Origin: Balanoglossus misakiensis
Lineage: Eukaryota > Animalia > Hemichordata
Length of the DNA: 64,000 nucleotides
Direction: 5' to 3'
Assembly (NCBI GenBank): GCA_040954595.2
Contig: CM082591.2
Span: 11,425,309-11,489,308, forward strand
A program made the position numbers and the translations under genes. Under the pieces are notes generated by a model that did not search any database, was not told the origin of the DNA, and saw nothing but the letters and a program-made list of their open reading frames with translations. Shown here piece after piece: positions 13,440 to 28,169 of this stretch; position 1 is the stretch's first letter, and each line of letters opens with the position of its first letter.

Positions 13440-16400
13440 TAGAACTATCCGTCGATCTACTGAGTCTAATGGAAAACTTTCTTAAGCGCATAGGCCTATC
13501 TATGTGTTCTGCGCATCACAACAGAATTCGGTAAATAGACGAGGGTGTGTTTGGAAGCATCCATGGAAATTTTAGAACTATCCGTTCATCTACAGAGTCT
13601 AGTGGAAAACCTTCTTATGCGCATAGACCTATCATGTTTTCTGCGCATCACAACAGAATTTTGTAAACAAACGAGGATGTGTTTGGAAGCAACCATGGAA
13701 ACTTTAGAACTATCCGTCAATCTACAGAGTCTAGTGGAAAACTTTCTTATCCTCATAGGCCTATCATGTGTTCTGCGCATCACAACAGAATTTTGTAAAC
13801 AAACAAGGCTGTGTTTGGAAGCAACCATGGAAATTTTAGAACTATCCGTCCATCTACAGAATCTAGTGGAAAACTTCCTTATGCGCTTAGGCCTATCATG
13901 TGTCCTGTGCATCACAACAGAATTCAATTAATAAACGTGGCTGTGTTTGGAAGCAACCATGGAAATTTTAGAACTATCCGTCGATCTACAGAGTGTAGTC
14001 GAAAACTTTCTTATGCGCATAGACCTATCATGTGTTCTGCGCATCACAACAGAATTTTGTAAACAAACGAGGCTGTGTTTGGAAGCAACCATGGAAACTT
14101 TAGAACTATCCGTCGATCTACAGAGTCTAGTGGAAAACTTTCTTATGCGCATAGACCTATCATATGTTCTGCGCATCACAACAGAATTTTGTAAACAAAC
14201 GAGGCTGTGTTTGGAAGCAACCATGGAAATTTTAGAACTATCCGTCGATCTACTGAGTCTAGTGGAAAACTTTCTTAAGCGCATAGGCCTATCTATGTGT
14301 TCTGCGCATCACAACAGAATTCGGTAAATAAACGAGGGTGTGTTTGGAAGCATCCATGGAAATTTTAGAACTATCCGTCCATCTACAGAGTCTAGTGGAA
14401 AACCTTCTTATGCGCATAGACCTATCATGTGTTCTGCGCATCACAACAGAATTTTGTAAACAAACGAGGATGTGTTTGGAAGCAACCATGGATACTTTAG
14501 AACTATCCGTCGATCTACAGAGTCTAGTGGAAAACTTTCTTATCCTCATAGGCCTATCATGTGTTCTGCGCATCACAACAGAATTTTGTAAACAAACAAG
14601 GCTGTGTTTGGAAGCAACCATGGAAATTTTAGAACTATCCGTCCATCTACAGAATCTAGTGGAAAACTTCCTTTTGCGCTTAGGCCTATCATGTGTCCTG
14701 CGCATCACAACAGAATTCAATTAATAAACGTGGCTGTGTTTGGAAGCAACCATGGAAATTTTAGAACTATCCGTCGATCTACAGAGTGTAGTCGAAAACT
14801 TTCTTATGCGCATAGACCTATCATGTGTTCTGCGCATCACAACAGAATGTTGTAAACAAACGAGGCTGTGTTTGGAAGCAACCATGGAAACTTTAGAACT
14901 ATCCGTCGATCTACAGAGTCTAGTGGAAAACTTTCTTATGCGCATAGACCTATCATATGTTCTGCGCATCACAACAGAATTTTGTAAACAAACGAGGCTG
15001 TGTTTGGAAGCAACCATGGAAACTTTAGAACTATCCGTCGATCTACAGATTTTAGGAAAAAACTTTCTTATGCGCATAGGCATATCTATGTGTTCTGCGC
15101 ATCACAACAGAATTCGGTAAATAAACGAGGGTGTGTTTGGAAGCAACCATGGAAATTTTAGAACTATCCGTCCATCTACAGAGTCTAGAGGAAAACTTTC
15201 TTATGCGCATAGGCTTATCTATGTGTTCTACGCATCACAACAGAATTCGGTAAATAAACGAGGCTGTTTGGAAGCAACCATGGAAATTTTAGAACTATCC
15301 GTCCATCTACAGAGTCTAGTGGAAAACTTCCTTATGCGCATAGGCCTATCATGTGTTCTGCGCATCACAACAGAATTTTGTAAACAAACGAGGCTGTGTT
15401 TGGAAGCATCCATGGAAATATTAGAACTATCCGTTCATCTACAGAGTCTAGTGGAAAACCTTCTTATGCGCATAGACCTATCATGTTTTCTGCGCATCAC
15501 AACAGAATTTTGTAAACAAACGAGGATGTGTTTGGAAGCAACCATGGAAACTTTAGAACTATACGTCAATATACAGAGTCTAGTGGAAAACTTTCTTATC
15601 CTCATAGGCCTATCATGTGTTCTGCGCATCACAACAGAATTTTGTAAACAAACAAGGCTGTGTTTGGAAGCAACCATGGAAATTTTAGAACTATCCGTCC
15701 ATCTACAGAATCTAGTGGAAAACTTCCTTATGCGCTTAGGCCTATCATGTGTCCTGTGCATCACAACAGAATTCAATAATAAACGTGGCTGTGTTTGGAA
15801 GCAACCATGGAAATTTTAGAACTATCCGTCGATCTACAGAGTGTAGTCGAAAACTTTCTTATGCGCATAGACCTATCATGTGTTCTGCGCATCACAACAG
15901 AATTTTGTAAACAAACGAGGCTGTGTTTGGAAGCAACCATGGAAATTTTAGAACTATCCGTCGATCTACTGAGTCTAGTGGAAAACTTTCTTAAGCGCAT
16001 AGGCCTATCTATGTGTTCTGCGCATCACAACAGATTTCCTTAAATAACGAGGCTGTGTTTGGAAGCAACCATGGAAATTTTAGAACTATCCGTCGATCTA
16101 CTGAGTCTAGTGGAAAACTTTCTTATGCGCATAGGCCTATCATGTGTTTTGCGCATCACAACAGAATTAAATTAATAAACGTAGCTGTGTTTGGAAGCAA
16201 CCATGGAAATTTTAGAACTATCCGTCGATCTACTGAGTCTAGTGGAAAACTTTCTGATGCGCATAGGCCTATCATGTGTTTTGCGCATCACAACAGAATT
16301 AAATTAATAAACGTAGCTGTGTTTGGAAGCAACCATGGAAATTTTAGAACTATCCGTCGATCTACTGAGTCTAGTGGAAAACTTTCTTATGCGCATAGGC

Positions 16401-18940
16401 CTATCATGTGTTCTGCGCATCACAACAGAATTTTGTAAACAAACGAGGCTGTGTTTGGAAGCAACCATGGAAATTTTAGAACTATCCGTCGATCTACTGA
16501 GTCTAATGGAAAACTTTCTTAAGCGCATAGGCCTATCTATGTGTTCTGCGCATCACAACAGAATTCGGTAAATAGACGAGGGTGTGTTTGGAAGCATCCA
16601 TGGAAATTTTAGAACTATCCGTTCATCTACAGAGTCTAGTGGAAAACCTTCTTATGCGCATAGACCTATCATGTTTTCTGCGCATCACAACAGAATTTTG
16701 TAAACAAACAAGGCTGTGTTTGGAAGCAACCATGGAAATTTTAGAACTATCCGTCCATCTACAGAATCTAGTGGAAAACTTCCTTATGCGCTTAGGCCTA
16801 TCATGTGTCCTGTGCATCACAACAGAATTCAATTAATAAACGTGGCTGTGTTTGGAAGCAACCATGGAAATTTTAGAACTATCCGTCGATCTACAGAGTG
16901 TAGTCGAAAACTTTCTTATGCGCATAGACCTATCATGTGTTCTGCGCATCACAACAGAATTTTGTAAACAAACGAGGCTGTGTTTGGAAGCAACCATGGA
17001 AACTTTAGAACTATCCGTCGATCTACAGAGTCTAGTGGAAAACTTTCTTATGCGCATAGACCTATCATATGTTCTGCGCATCACAACAGAATTTTGTAAA
17101 CAAACGAGGCTGTGTTTGGAAGCAACCATGGAAATTTTAGAACTATCCGTCGATCTACTGAGTCTAGTGGAAAACTTTCTTAAGCGCATAGGCCTATCTA
17201 TGTGTTCTGCGCATCACAACAGAATTCGGTAAATAAACGAGGGTGTGTTTGGAAGCATCCATGGAAATTTTAGAACTATCCGTCCATCTACAGAGTCTAG
17301 TGGAAAACCTTCTGATGCGCATAGACCTATCATGTGTTCTGCGCATCACAACAGAATTTTGTAAACAAACGAGGATGTGTTTGGAAGCAACCATGGATAC
17401 TTTAGAACTATCCGTCGATCTACAGAGTCTAGTGGAAAACTTTCTTATCCTCATAGGCCTATCATGTGTTCTGCGCATCACAACAGAATTTTGTAAACAA
17501 ACAAGGCTGTGTTTGGAAGCAACCATGGAAATTTTAGAACTATCCGTCCATCTACAGAATCTAGTGGAAAACTTCCTTTTGCGCTTAGGCCTATCATGTG
17601 TCCTGCGCATCACAACAGAATTCAATTAATAAACGTGGCTGTGTTTGGAAGCAACCATGGAAATTTTAGAACTATCCGTCGATCTACAGAGTGTAGTCGA
17701 AAACTTTCTTATGCGCATAGACCTATCATGTGTTCTGCGCATCACAACAGAATTTTGTAAACAAACGAGGCTGTGTTTGGAAGCAACCATGGAAACTTTA
17801 GAACTATCCGTCGATCTACAGAGTCTAGTGGAAAACTTTCTTATGCGCATAGACCTATCATATGTTCTGCGCATCACAACAGAATTTTGTAAACAAACGA
17901 GGCTGTGTTTGGAAGCAACCATGGAAACTTTAGAACTATCCGTCGATCTACAGAGTCTAGGAGAAAACTTTCTTATGCGCATAGGCATATCTATGTGTTC
18001 TGCGCATCACAACAGAATTCGGTAAATAAACGAGGGTGTGTTTGGAAGCAACCATGGAAATTTTAGAACTATCCGTCCATCTACAGAGTCTAGAGGAAAA
18101 CTTTCTTATGCGCATAGGCTTATCTATGTGTTCTACGCATCACAACAGAATTCGGTAAATAAACGAGGCTGTTTGGAAGCAACCATGGAAATTTTAGAAC
18201 TATCCGTCCATCTACAGAGTCTAGTGGAAAACTTCCGTATGCGCATAGGCCTATCATGTGTTCTGCGCATCACAACAGAATTTTGTAAACAAACGAGGCT
18301 GTGTTTGGAAGCATCCATGGAAATTTTAGAACTATCCGTTCATCTACAGAGTCTAGTGGAAAACCTTCTTATGCGCATAGACCTATCATGTTTTCTGCGC
18401 ATCACAACAGAATTTTGTAAACAAACGAGGATGTGTTTGGAAGCAACCATGCAAACTTTAGAACTATCCGTCAATCTACAGAGTCTAGTGGAAAACTTTC
18501 TTATCCTCATAGGCCTATCATGTGTTCTGCGCATCACAACAGAATTTTGTAAACAAACAAGGCTGTGTTTGGAAGCAACCATGGAAATTTTAGAACTATC
18601 CGTCCATCTACAGAATCTAGTGGAAAACTTCCTTATGCGCTTAGGCCTATCATGTGTCCTGTGCATCACAACAGAATTCAATAATAAACGTGGCTGTGTT
18701 TGGAAGCAACCATGGAAATTTTAGAACTATCCGTCGATCTACAGAGTGTAGTCGAAAACTTTCTTATGCGCATAGACCTATCATGTGTTCTGCGCATCAC
18801 AACAGAATTTTGTAAACAAACGAGGCTGTGTTTGGAAGCAACCATGGAAATTTTAGAACTATCCGTCGATCTACTGAGTCTAGTGGAAAACTTTCTTAAG
18901 CGCATAGGCCTATCTATGTGTTCTGCGCATCACAACAGAA
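13440..18940 (+). repeat. 22-monomer block duplication, period 2905 bp
   Basis: ORF pairs 13811/16716, 14289/17194, 15133/18038 and 15773/18678 are offset by 2905. The pair 13545/16582 is offset by 3037, one monomer more. Confidence 0.88.
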
Positions 18941-21690
18941 TTCGGTAAATAAACGAGGGTGTGTTTGGAAGCATCCATGGAAATTTTAGAACTATCCGTC
19001 CATCTACAGAGTCTAGTGGAAAACCTTCTTATGCGCATAGACCTATCATGTGTTCTGCGCATCACAACAGAATTCGGTAAATAAACGAGGGTGTGTTTGG
19101 AAGCAACCATGGAAATTTTAGAACTATCCGTCCATCTACAGAGTCTAGTGGAAAACTTTCTTATCCTCATAGGCCTATCATGTGTTCTGCGCATCACAAC
19201 AGAATTTTGTAAACAAACAAGGCTGTGTTTGGAAGCAACCATGGAAATTTTAGAACTATCCGTCCATCTACAGAATCTAGTGGAAAACTTCCTTTTGCGC
19301 TTAGGCCTATCATGTGTCCTGCGCATCACAACAGAATTCAATTAATAAACGTGGCTGTGTTTGGAAGCAACCATGGAAATTTTAGAACTATCCGTCGATC
19401 TACAGAGTGTAGTCGAAAACTTTCTTATGCGCATAGACCTATCATGTGTTCTGCGCATCACAACAGAATTTTGTAAACAAACGAGGCTGTGTTTGGAAGC
19501 AACCATGGAAACTTTAGAACTATCCGTCGATCTACAGAGTCTAGTGGAAAACTTTCTTATGCGCATAGACCTATCATATGTTCTGCGCATCACAACAGAA
19601 TTTTGTAAACAAACGAGGCTGTGTTTGGAAGCAACCATGGAAACTTTAGAACTATCCGTCGATCTACAGAGTCTAGGAGAAAACTTTCTTATGCGCATAG
19701 GCATATCTATGTGTTCTGCGCATCACAACAGAATTCGGTAAATAAACGAGGGTGTGTTTGGAAGCAACCATGGAAATTTTAGAACTATCCGTCCATCTAC
19801 AGAGTCTAGAGGAAAACTTTCTTATGCGCATAGGCTTATCTATGTGTTCTACGCATCACAACAGAATTCGGTAAATAAACGAGGCTGTTTGGAAGCAACC
19901 ATGGAAATTTTAGAACTATCCGTCCATCTACAGAGTCTAGTGGAAAACTTCCTTATGCGCATAGGCCTATCATGTGTTCTGCGCATCACAACAGAATTTT
20001 GTAAACAAACGAGGCTGTGTTTGGAAGCATCCATGGAAATTTTAGAACTATCCGTTCATCTACAGAGTCTAGTGGAAAACCTTCTTATGCGCATAGACCT
20101 ATCATGTTTTCTGCGCATCACAACAGAATTTTGTAAACAAACGAGGATGTGTTTGGAAGCAACCATGGAAACTTTAGAACTATCCGTCGATCTACAGAGT
20201 CTAGTGGAAAACTTTCTTATCCTCATAGGCCTATCATGTGTTCTGCGCATCACAACAGAATTTTGTAAACAAACAAGGCTGTGTTTGGAAGCAACCATGG
20301 AAATTTTAGAACTATCCGTCCATCTACAGAATCTAGTGGAAAACTTCCTTATGCGCTTAGGCCTATCATGTGTCCTGTGCATCACAACAGAATTCAATAA
20401 TAAACGTGGCTGTGTTTGGAAGCAACCATGGAAATTTTAGAACTATCCGTCGATCTACAGAGTGTAGTCGAAAACTTTCTTATGCGCATAGACCTATCAT
20501 GTGTTCTGCGCATCACAACAGAATTTTGTAAACAAACGAGGCTGTGTTTGGAAGCAACCATGGAAATTTTAGAACTATCCGTCGATCTACTGAGTCTAGT
20601 GGAAAACTTTCTTAAGCGCATAGGCCTATCTATGTGTTCTGCGCATCACAACAGAATTCGGTAAATAAACGAGGGTGTGTTTGGAAGCATCCATGGAAAT
20701 TTTAGAACTATCCGTCCATCTACAGAGTCTAGTGGAAAACCTTCTTATGCGCATAGACCTATCATGTGTTCTGCGCATCACAACAGAATTCGGTAAATAA
20801 ACGAGGGTGTGTTTGGAAGCAACCATGGAAATTTTAGAACTATCCGTCCATCTACAGAGTCTAGTGGAAAACTTTCTTATCCTCATAGGCCTATCATGTG
20901 TTCTGCGCATCACAACAGAATTTTGTAAACAAACAAGGCTGTGTTTGGAAGCAACCATGGAAATTTTAGAACTATCCGTCCATCTACAGAATCTAGTGGA
21001 AAACTTCCTTTTGCGCTTAGGCCTATCATGTGTCCTGCGCATCACAACAGAATTCAATTAATAAACGTGGCTGAGTTTGGAAGCAACCATGGAAATTTTA
21101 GAACTATCCGTCGATCTACAGAGTGTAGTCGAAAACTTTCTTATGCGCATAGACCTATCATGTGTTCTGCGCATCACAACAGAATTTTGTAAACAAACGA
21201 GGCTGTGTTTGGAAGCAACCATGGAAACTTTAGAACTATCCGTCGATCTACAGAGTCTAGTGGAAAACTTTCTTATGCGCATAGACCTATCATATGTTCT
21301 GCGCATCACAACAGAATTTTGTAAACAAACGAGGCTGTGTTTGGAAGCAACCATGGAAACTTTAGAACTATCCGTCGATCTACAGAGTCTAGGAGAAAAC
21401 TTTCTTATGCGCATAGGCATATCTATGTGTTCTGCGCATCACAACAGAATTCGGTAAATAAACGAGGGTGTGTTTGGAAGCAACCATGGAAATTTTAGAA
21501 CTATCCGTCCATCTACAGAGTCTAGAGGAAAACTTTCTTATGCGCATAGGCTTATCTATGTGTTCTACGCATCACAACAGAATTCGGTAAATAAACGAGG
21601 CTGTTTGGAAGCAACCATGGAAATTTTAGAACTATCCGTCCATCTACAGAGTCTAGTGGAAAACTTCCTTATGCGCTTAGGCCTATCATG
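17420..21690 (+). repeat. 13-monomer HOR, period 1716 bp (~2.5 copies)
   Basis: ORF series 17509/19225/20941 and 18038/19754/21470 are offset by 1716. Confidence 0.9.
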
Positions 21691-24600
21691 TGTCCTGCGC
21701 ATCACAACAGAATTCAATTAATAAACGTGGCTGTGTATGGAAGCAACCATGGAAATTTTAGAACTATCCGTCGATCTACAGAGTGTAGTCGAAAACTTCC
21801 TTATGCGCATAGACCTATCATGTGTTCTGCACATCACAACAGAATTTTGTAAACAAACGAGGCTGTGTATGGAAGCAACCAAGGAAACTTTAGAACTATC
21901 CGTCGATCTACAGAGTCTAGTGGAAAACTTTCTTATGCGCATAGACCTATCATATGTTCTGCGCATCACAACAGAATTTTGTAAACAAACGAGGCTGTGT
22001 TTGGAAGCAACCATGGAAACTTTAGAACTATCCGTCGATCTACAGAGTCTAGTGGAAAACTTTTTTATGCGCATAGGCCTATCATGTATTCTGCGCATAA
22101 CAACAGATTTCCTTAAATAACGAGGCTGTGTTTGGAAGCAACCATGGAAATTTTAGAACTATCCGTCGATCTACTGAGTCTAGTGGAAAACTTTCTTATG
22201 CGCATAGGCCTATCATGTGTTCTGCGCATCACAACAGAATTTTGTAAACAAACGAGGCTGTGTTTGGAAGCAACCATGGAAATTTTAGAACTATCCGTCG
22301 ATCTACTGAGTCTAGTGGAAAACTTTCTTAAGCGCATGGGCCTATCTATGTGTTCTGCGCATCACAACAGAATTCGGTAAATAAACGAGGGTGTGTTTGG
22401 AAGCATCCATGGAAATTTTAGAACTATCCGTCGATCTACAGAGTCTAGGAGAAAACTTTCTTATGCGCATAGGCATATCTATGTGTTCTGCGCATCACAA
22501 CAGAATTCGGTAAATAAACGAGGGTGTGTTTGGAAGCAACCATGGAAATTTTAGAACTATCCGTCCATCTACAGAGTCTAGAGGAAAACTTTCTTATGCG
22601 CATAGGCTTATCTATGTGTTCTACGCATCACAACAGAATTCGGTAAATAAACGAGGCTGTTTGGAAGCAACCATGGAAATTTTAGAACTATCCGTCCATC
22701 TACAGAGTCTAGTGGAAAACTTCCTTATGCGCTTAGGCCTATCATGTGTCCTGCGCATCACAACAGAATTCAATTAATAAACGTGGCTGTGTATGGAAGC
22801 AACCATGGAAATTTTAGAACTATCCGTCGATCTACAGAGTGTAGTCGAAAACTTCCTTATGCGCATAGACCTATCATGTGTTCTGCGCATCACAACAGAA
22901 TTTTGTAAACAAACGAGGCTGTGTTTGGAAGCAACCATGGAAACTTTAGAACTATCCGTCGATCTACAGAGTCTAGTGGAAAACTTTCTTATGCGCATAG
23001 ACCTATCATATGTTCTGCGCATCACAACAGAATTTTGTAAACAAACGAGGCTGTGTTTGGAAGCAACCATGGAAACTTTAGAACTATCCGTCGATCTACA
23101 GAGTCTAGTGGAAAACTTTTTTATGCGCATAGGCCTATCACGTATTCTGCGCATAACAACAGATTTCCTTAAATAACGAGGCTGTGTTTGGAAGCAACCA
23201 TGGAAATTTTAGAACTATCCGTCGATCTACTGAGTCTAGTGGAAAACTTTCTTATGCGCATAGGCCTATCATGTGTTTTGCGCATCACAATATAATTAAA
23301 TTAATAAACGTAGCTGTGTTTGGAAGCCACCATGGAAATTTTAGAACTATCCGTCGATCTACTGCGTCTAGTGGAAAACTTTCTGATGCGCATAGGTCTA
23401 TCATGTGTTTTGCGCATCACAACAGAATTAAATTAATAAACGTAGCTGTGTTTGGAAGCAACCATGGAAATTTTAGAACTATCCGTCGATCTACTGAGTC
23501 TAGTGGAAAACTTTCTTATGCGCATAGGCCTATCATGTGTTCTGCGCATCACAACAGAATTTTGTAAACAAACGAGGCTGTGTTTGGAAGCAACCATGGA
23601 AATTTTAGAACTATCCGTCCATCTACAGAGTCTAGTGGAAAACTTTCTTATCCTCATAGGCCTATCATGTGTTCTGCGCATCACAACAGAATTTTGTAAA
23701 CAAACAAGGCTGTGTTTGGAAGCAACCATGGAAATTTTAGAACTATCCGTCCATCTACAGAATCTAGTGGAAAACTTCCTTTTGCGCTTAGGCCTATCAT
23801 TTGTCCTGCGCATCACAACAGAATTCAATTAATAAACGTGGCTGTGTTTGGAAGCAACCATGGAAATTTTAGAACTATCCGTCGATCTACAGAGTGTAGT
23901 CGAAAACTTTCTTATGCGCATAGACCTATCATGTGTTCTGCGCATCACAACAGAATTTTGTAAACAAACGAGGCTGTGTTTGGAAGCAACCATGGAAACT
24001 TTAGAACTATCCGTCGATCTACAGAGTCTAGTGGAAAACTTTCTTATGCGCATAGACCTATCATATGTTCTGCGCATCACAACAGAATTTTGTAAACAAA
24101 CGAGGCTGTGTTTGGAAGCAACCATGGAAACTTTAGAACTATCCGTCGATCTACAGAGTCTAGGAGAAAACTTTCTTATGCGCATAGGCATATCTATGTG
24201 TTCTGCGCATCACAACAGAATTCGGTAAATAAACGAGGGTGTGTTTGGAAGCAACCATGGAAATTTTAGAACTATCCGTCCATCTACAGAGTCTAGAGGA
24301 AAACTTTCTTATGCGCATAGGCTTATCTATGTGTTCTACGCATCACAACAGAATTCGGTAAATAAACGAGGCTGTTTGGAAGCAACCATGGAAATTTTAG
24401 AACTATCCGTCCATCTACAGAGTCTAGTGGAAAACTTCCTTATGCGCTTAGGCCTATCATGTGTCCTGCGCATCACAACAGAATTCAATTAATACACGTG
24501 GCTGTGTATGGAAGCAACCATGGAAATTTTAGAACTATCCGTCGATCTACAGAGTGTAGTCGAAAACTTCCTTATGCGCATAGACCTATCATGTGTTCTG

Positions 24601-26390
24601 CACATCACAACAGAATTTTGTAAACAAACGAGGCTGTGTTTGGAAGCAACCAAGGAAACTTTAGAACTATCCGTCGATCTACAGAGTCTAGTGGAAAACT
24701 TTCTTATGCGCATAGACCTATCATATGTTCTGCGCATCACAACAGAATTTTGTAAACAAACGAGGCTGTGTTTGGAAGCAACCATGGAAACTTTAGAACT
24801 ATCCGTCGATCTACAGAGTCTAGTGGAAAACTTTTTTATGCGCATAGGCCTATCATGTATTCTGCGCATAACAACAGATTTCCTTAAATAACGAGGCTGT
24901 GTTTGGAAGCAACCATGGAAATTTTAGAACTATCCGTCGATCTACTGAGTCTAGTGGAAAACTTTCTTATGCGCATAGGCCTATCATGTGTTCTGCGCAT
25001 CACAACAGAATTTTGTAAACAAACGAGGCTGTGTTTGGAAGCAACCATGGAAATTTTAGAACTATCCGTCGATCTACTGAGTCTAGTGGAAAACTTTCTT
25101 AAGCGCATGGGCCTATCTATGTGTTCTGCGCATCACAACAGAATTCGGTAAATAAACGAGGGTGTGTTTGGAAGCATCCATGGAAATTTTAGAACTATCC
25201 GTCGATCTACAGAGTCTAGGAGAAAACTTTCTTATGCGCATAGGCATATCTATGTGTTCTGCGCATCACAACAGAATTCGGTAAATAAACGAGGGTGTGT
25301 TTGGAAGCAACCATGGAAATTTTAGAACTATCCGTCCATCTACAGAGTCTAGAGGAAAACTTTCTTATGCGCATAGGCTTATCTATGTGTTCTACGCATC
25401 ACAACAGAATTCGGTAAATAAACGAGGCTGTTTGGAAGCAACCATGGAAATTTTAGAACTATCCGTCCATCTACAGAGTCTAGTGGAAAACTTCCTTATG
25501 CGCTTAGGCCTATCATGTGTCCTGCGCATCACAACAGAATTCAATTAATAAACGTGGCTGTGTATGGAAGCAACCATGGAAATTTTAGAACTATCCGTCG
25601 ATCTACAGAGTGTAGTCGAAAACTTCCTTATGCGCATAGACCTATCATGTGTTCTGCGCATCACAACAGAATTTTGTAAACAAACGAGGCTGTGTTTGGA
25701 AGCAACCATGGAAACTTTAGAACTATCCGTCGATCTACAGAGTCTAGTGGAAAACTTTCTTATGCGCATAGACCTATCATATGTTCTGCGCATCACAACA
25801 GAATTTTGTAAACAAACGAGGCTGTGTTTGGAAGCAACCATGGAAACTTTAGAACTATCCGTCGATCTACAGAGTCTAGTGGAAAACTTTTTTATGCGCA
25901 TAGGCCTATCACGTATTCTGCGCATAACAACAGATTTCCTTAAATAACGAGGCTGTGTTTGGAAGCAACCATGGAAATTTTAGAACTATCCGTCGATCTA
26001 CTGAGTCTAGTGGAAAACTTTCTTATGCGCATAGGCCTATCATGTGTTTTGCGCATCACAATATAATTAAATTAATAAACGTAGCTGTGTTTGGAAGCCA
26101 CCATGGAAATTTTAGAACTATCCGTCGATCTACTGCGTCTAGTGGAAAACTTTCTGATGCGCATAGGTCTATCATGTGTTTTGCGCATCACAACAGAATT
26201 AAATTAATAAACGTAGCTGTGTTTGGAAGCAACCATGGAAATTTTAGAACTATCCGTCGATCTACTGAGTCTAGTGGAAAACTTTCTTATGCGCATAGGC
26301 CTATCATGTGTTCTGCGCATCACAACAGAATTTTGTAAACAAACGAGGCTGTGTTTGGAAGCAACCATGGAAATTTTAGAACTATCCGTC
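20830..26390 (+). repeat. 21-monomer HOR, period 2771 bp (2 copies), made of 8-mer + 13-mer sub-blocks
   Basis: ORF pairs 20941/23712, 21470/24241, 22526/25297 and 23184/25955 are offset by 2771. Internal offsets are 1056 (21470/22526) and 1715 (22526/24241). Confidence 0.9.
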
Positions 26391-28169
26391 GATCTACTGA
26401 GTCTAGTGGAAAACTTTCTTATGCGCATAGGCCTATCATGTGATCTGCGCATCACAACAGAATTTTGTAAACAAACGAGGCTGTGTTTGGAAGCAACCAT
26501 GGAAATTTTAGAACTATCCGTCGATCTACTGAGTCTAGTGGAAAACTTTCTTAAGCGCATGGGCCTATCTATGTGTTCTGCGCATCACAACAGAATTCGG
26601 TAAATAAACGAGGGTGTGTTTGGAAGCATCCATGGAAATTTTAGAACTATCCGTCCATCTACAAAGTCTAGTGGAAAACCTTCTTATGCGCATAGACCTA
26701 TCATGTGTTCTGCGCATCACAACAGAATTTTGTAAACAAACGAGGCTGTGTTTGGAAGCAACCATGGAAGCTTTAGAACTATCCGTCGATCTACAGAGTC
26801 TAGTGGAAAACTTTCTTATGCGCATAGACCTATCATATGTTCTGCGCATCACAACATAATTTTGTAAACAAACGAGGCTGTGTTTGGAAGCAACCATGGA
26901 AACTTTAGAACTATCCGTCGATCTACAGAGTCTAGTGGAAAACTTTTTTATGCGCATAGGCCTATCATGTATTCTGCGCATCACAACAGATTTCCTTAAA
27001 TAACGAGGCTGTGTTTGGAAGCAACCATGGAAATTTTAGAACTATCCGTCGATCTACTGAGTCTAGTGGAAACTTTCTTATGCGCATAGGCCTATCATGT
27101 GTTTTGCGCATCACAACAGAATTAAATTAATAAACGTAGCTGTGTTTGGAAGCAACCATGGAAATTTTAGAACTATCCGTCGATCTACTGAGTCTAGTGG
27201 AAAACTTTCTGATGCGCATAGGCCTATCATGTGTTTTGCGCATCACAACAGAATTAAATTAATAAACGTAGCTGTGTTTGGAAGCAACCATGGAAATTTT
27301 AGAACTATCCGTCGATCTACTGAGTCTAGTGGAAAACTTTCTTATGCGCATAGGCCTATCATGTGTTCTGCGCATCACAACAGAATTTTGTAAACAAACG
27401 AGGCTGGGTTTGGAAGCAACCATGGAAATTTTAGAACTATCCGTCGATCTACTGAGTCTAGTGGAAAACTTTCTTAAGCGCATAGGCCTATCTATGTGTT
27501 CTGCGCATCACAACAGAATTCGGTAAACAAACGAGGATGTGTTTGGAAGCAACCATGGAAACTTTAGAACTATCCGTCAATCTACAGAGTCTAGTGGAAA
27601 ACTTTCTTATCCTCATAGGCCTATCATGTGTTCTGCGCATCACAACAGAATTTTGTAAACAAACGAGGATGTGTTTGGAAGCAACCATGGAAACTTTAGA
27701 ACTATCCGTCCATCTACAGAATCTAGTGGAAAACTTCCTTATGCGCTTAGGCCTATCATGTGTCCTGTGCATCACAACAGAATTCAATTAATAAACGTGG
27801 ATGTGTTTGGAAGCAACCATGGAAATTTTAGAACTATCCGTCGATCTACAGAGTGTAGTCGAAAACTTTCTTATGCGCATAGACCTATCATGTGTTCTGC
27901 GCATCACAACAGAATTTTGTAAACAAACGAGGCTGTGTTTGGAAGCAACCATGGAAATTTTAGAACTATCCGTCGATCTACTGAGTCTAGTGGAAAACTT
28001 TCTTAAGCGCATAGGCCTATGTATGTGTTCTGCGCATCACAACACAATTCGGTAAATAAACGAGGGTGTGTTTGGAAGCATCCATGGAAATTTTAGAACT
28101 ATCCGTCCATCTACAGAGTCTAGTGGAAAACCTTCTTATGCGCATAGACCTATCATGTGTTCTGCGCAT

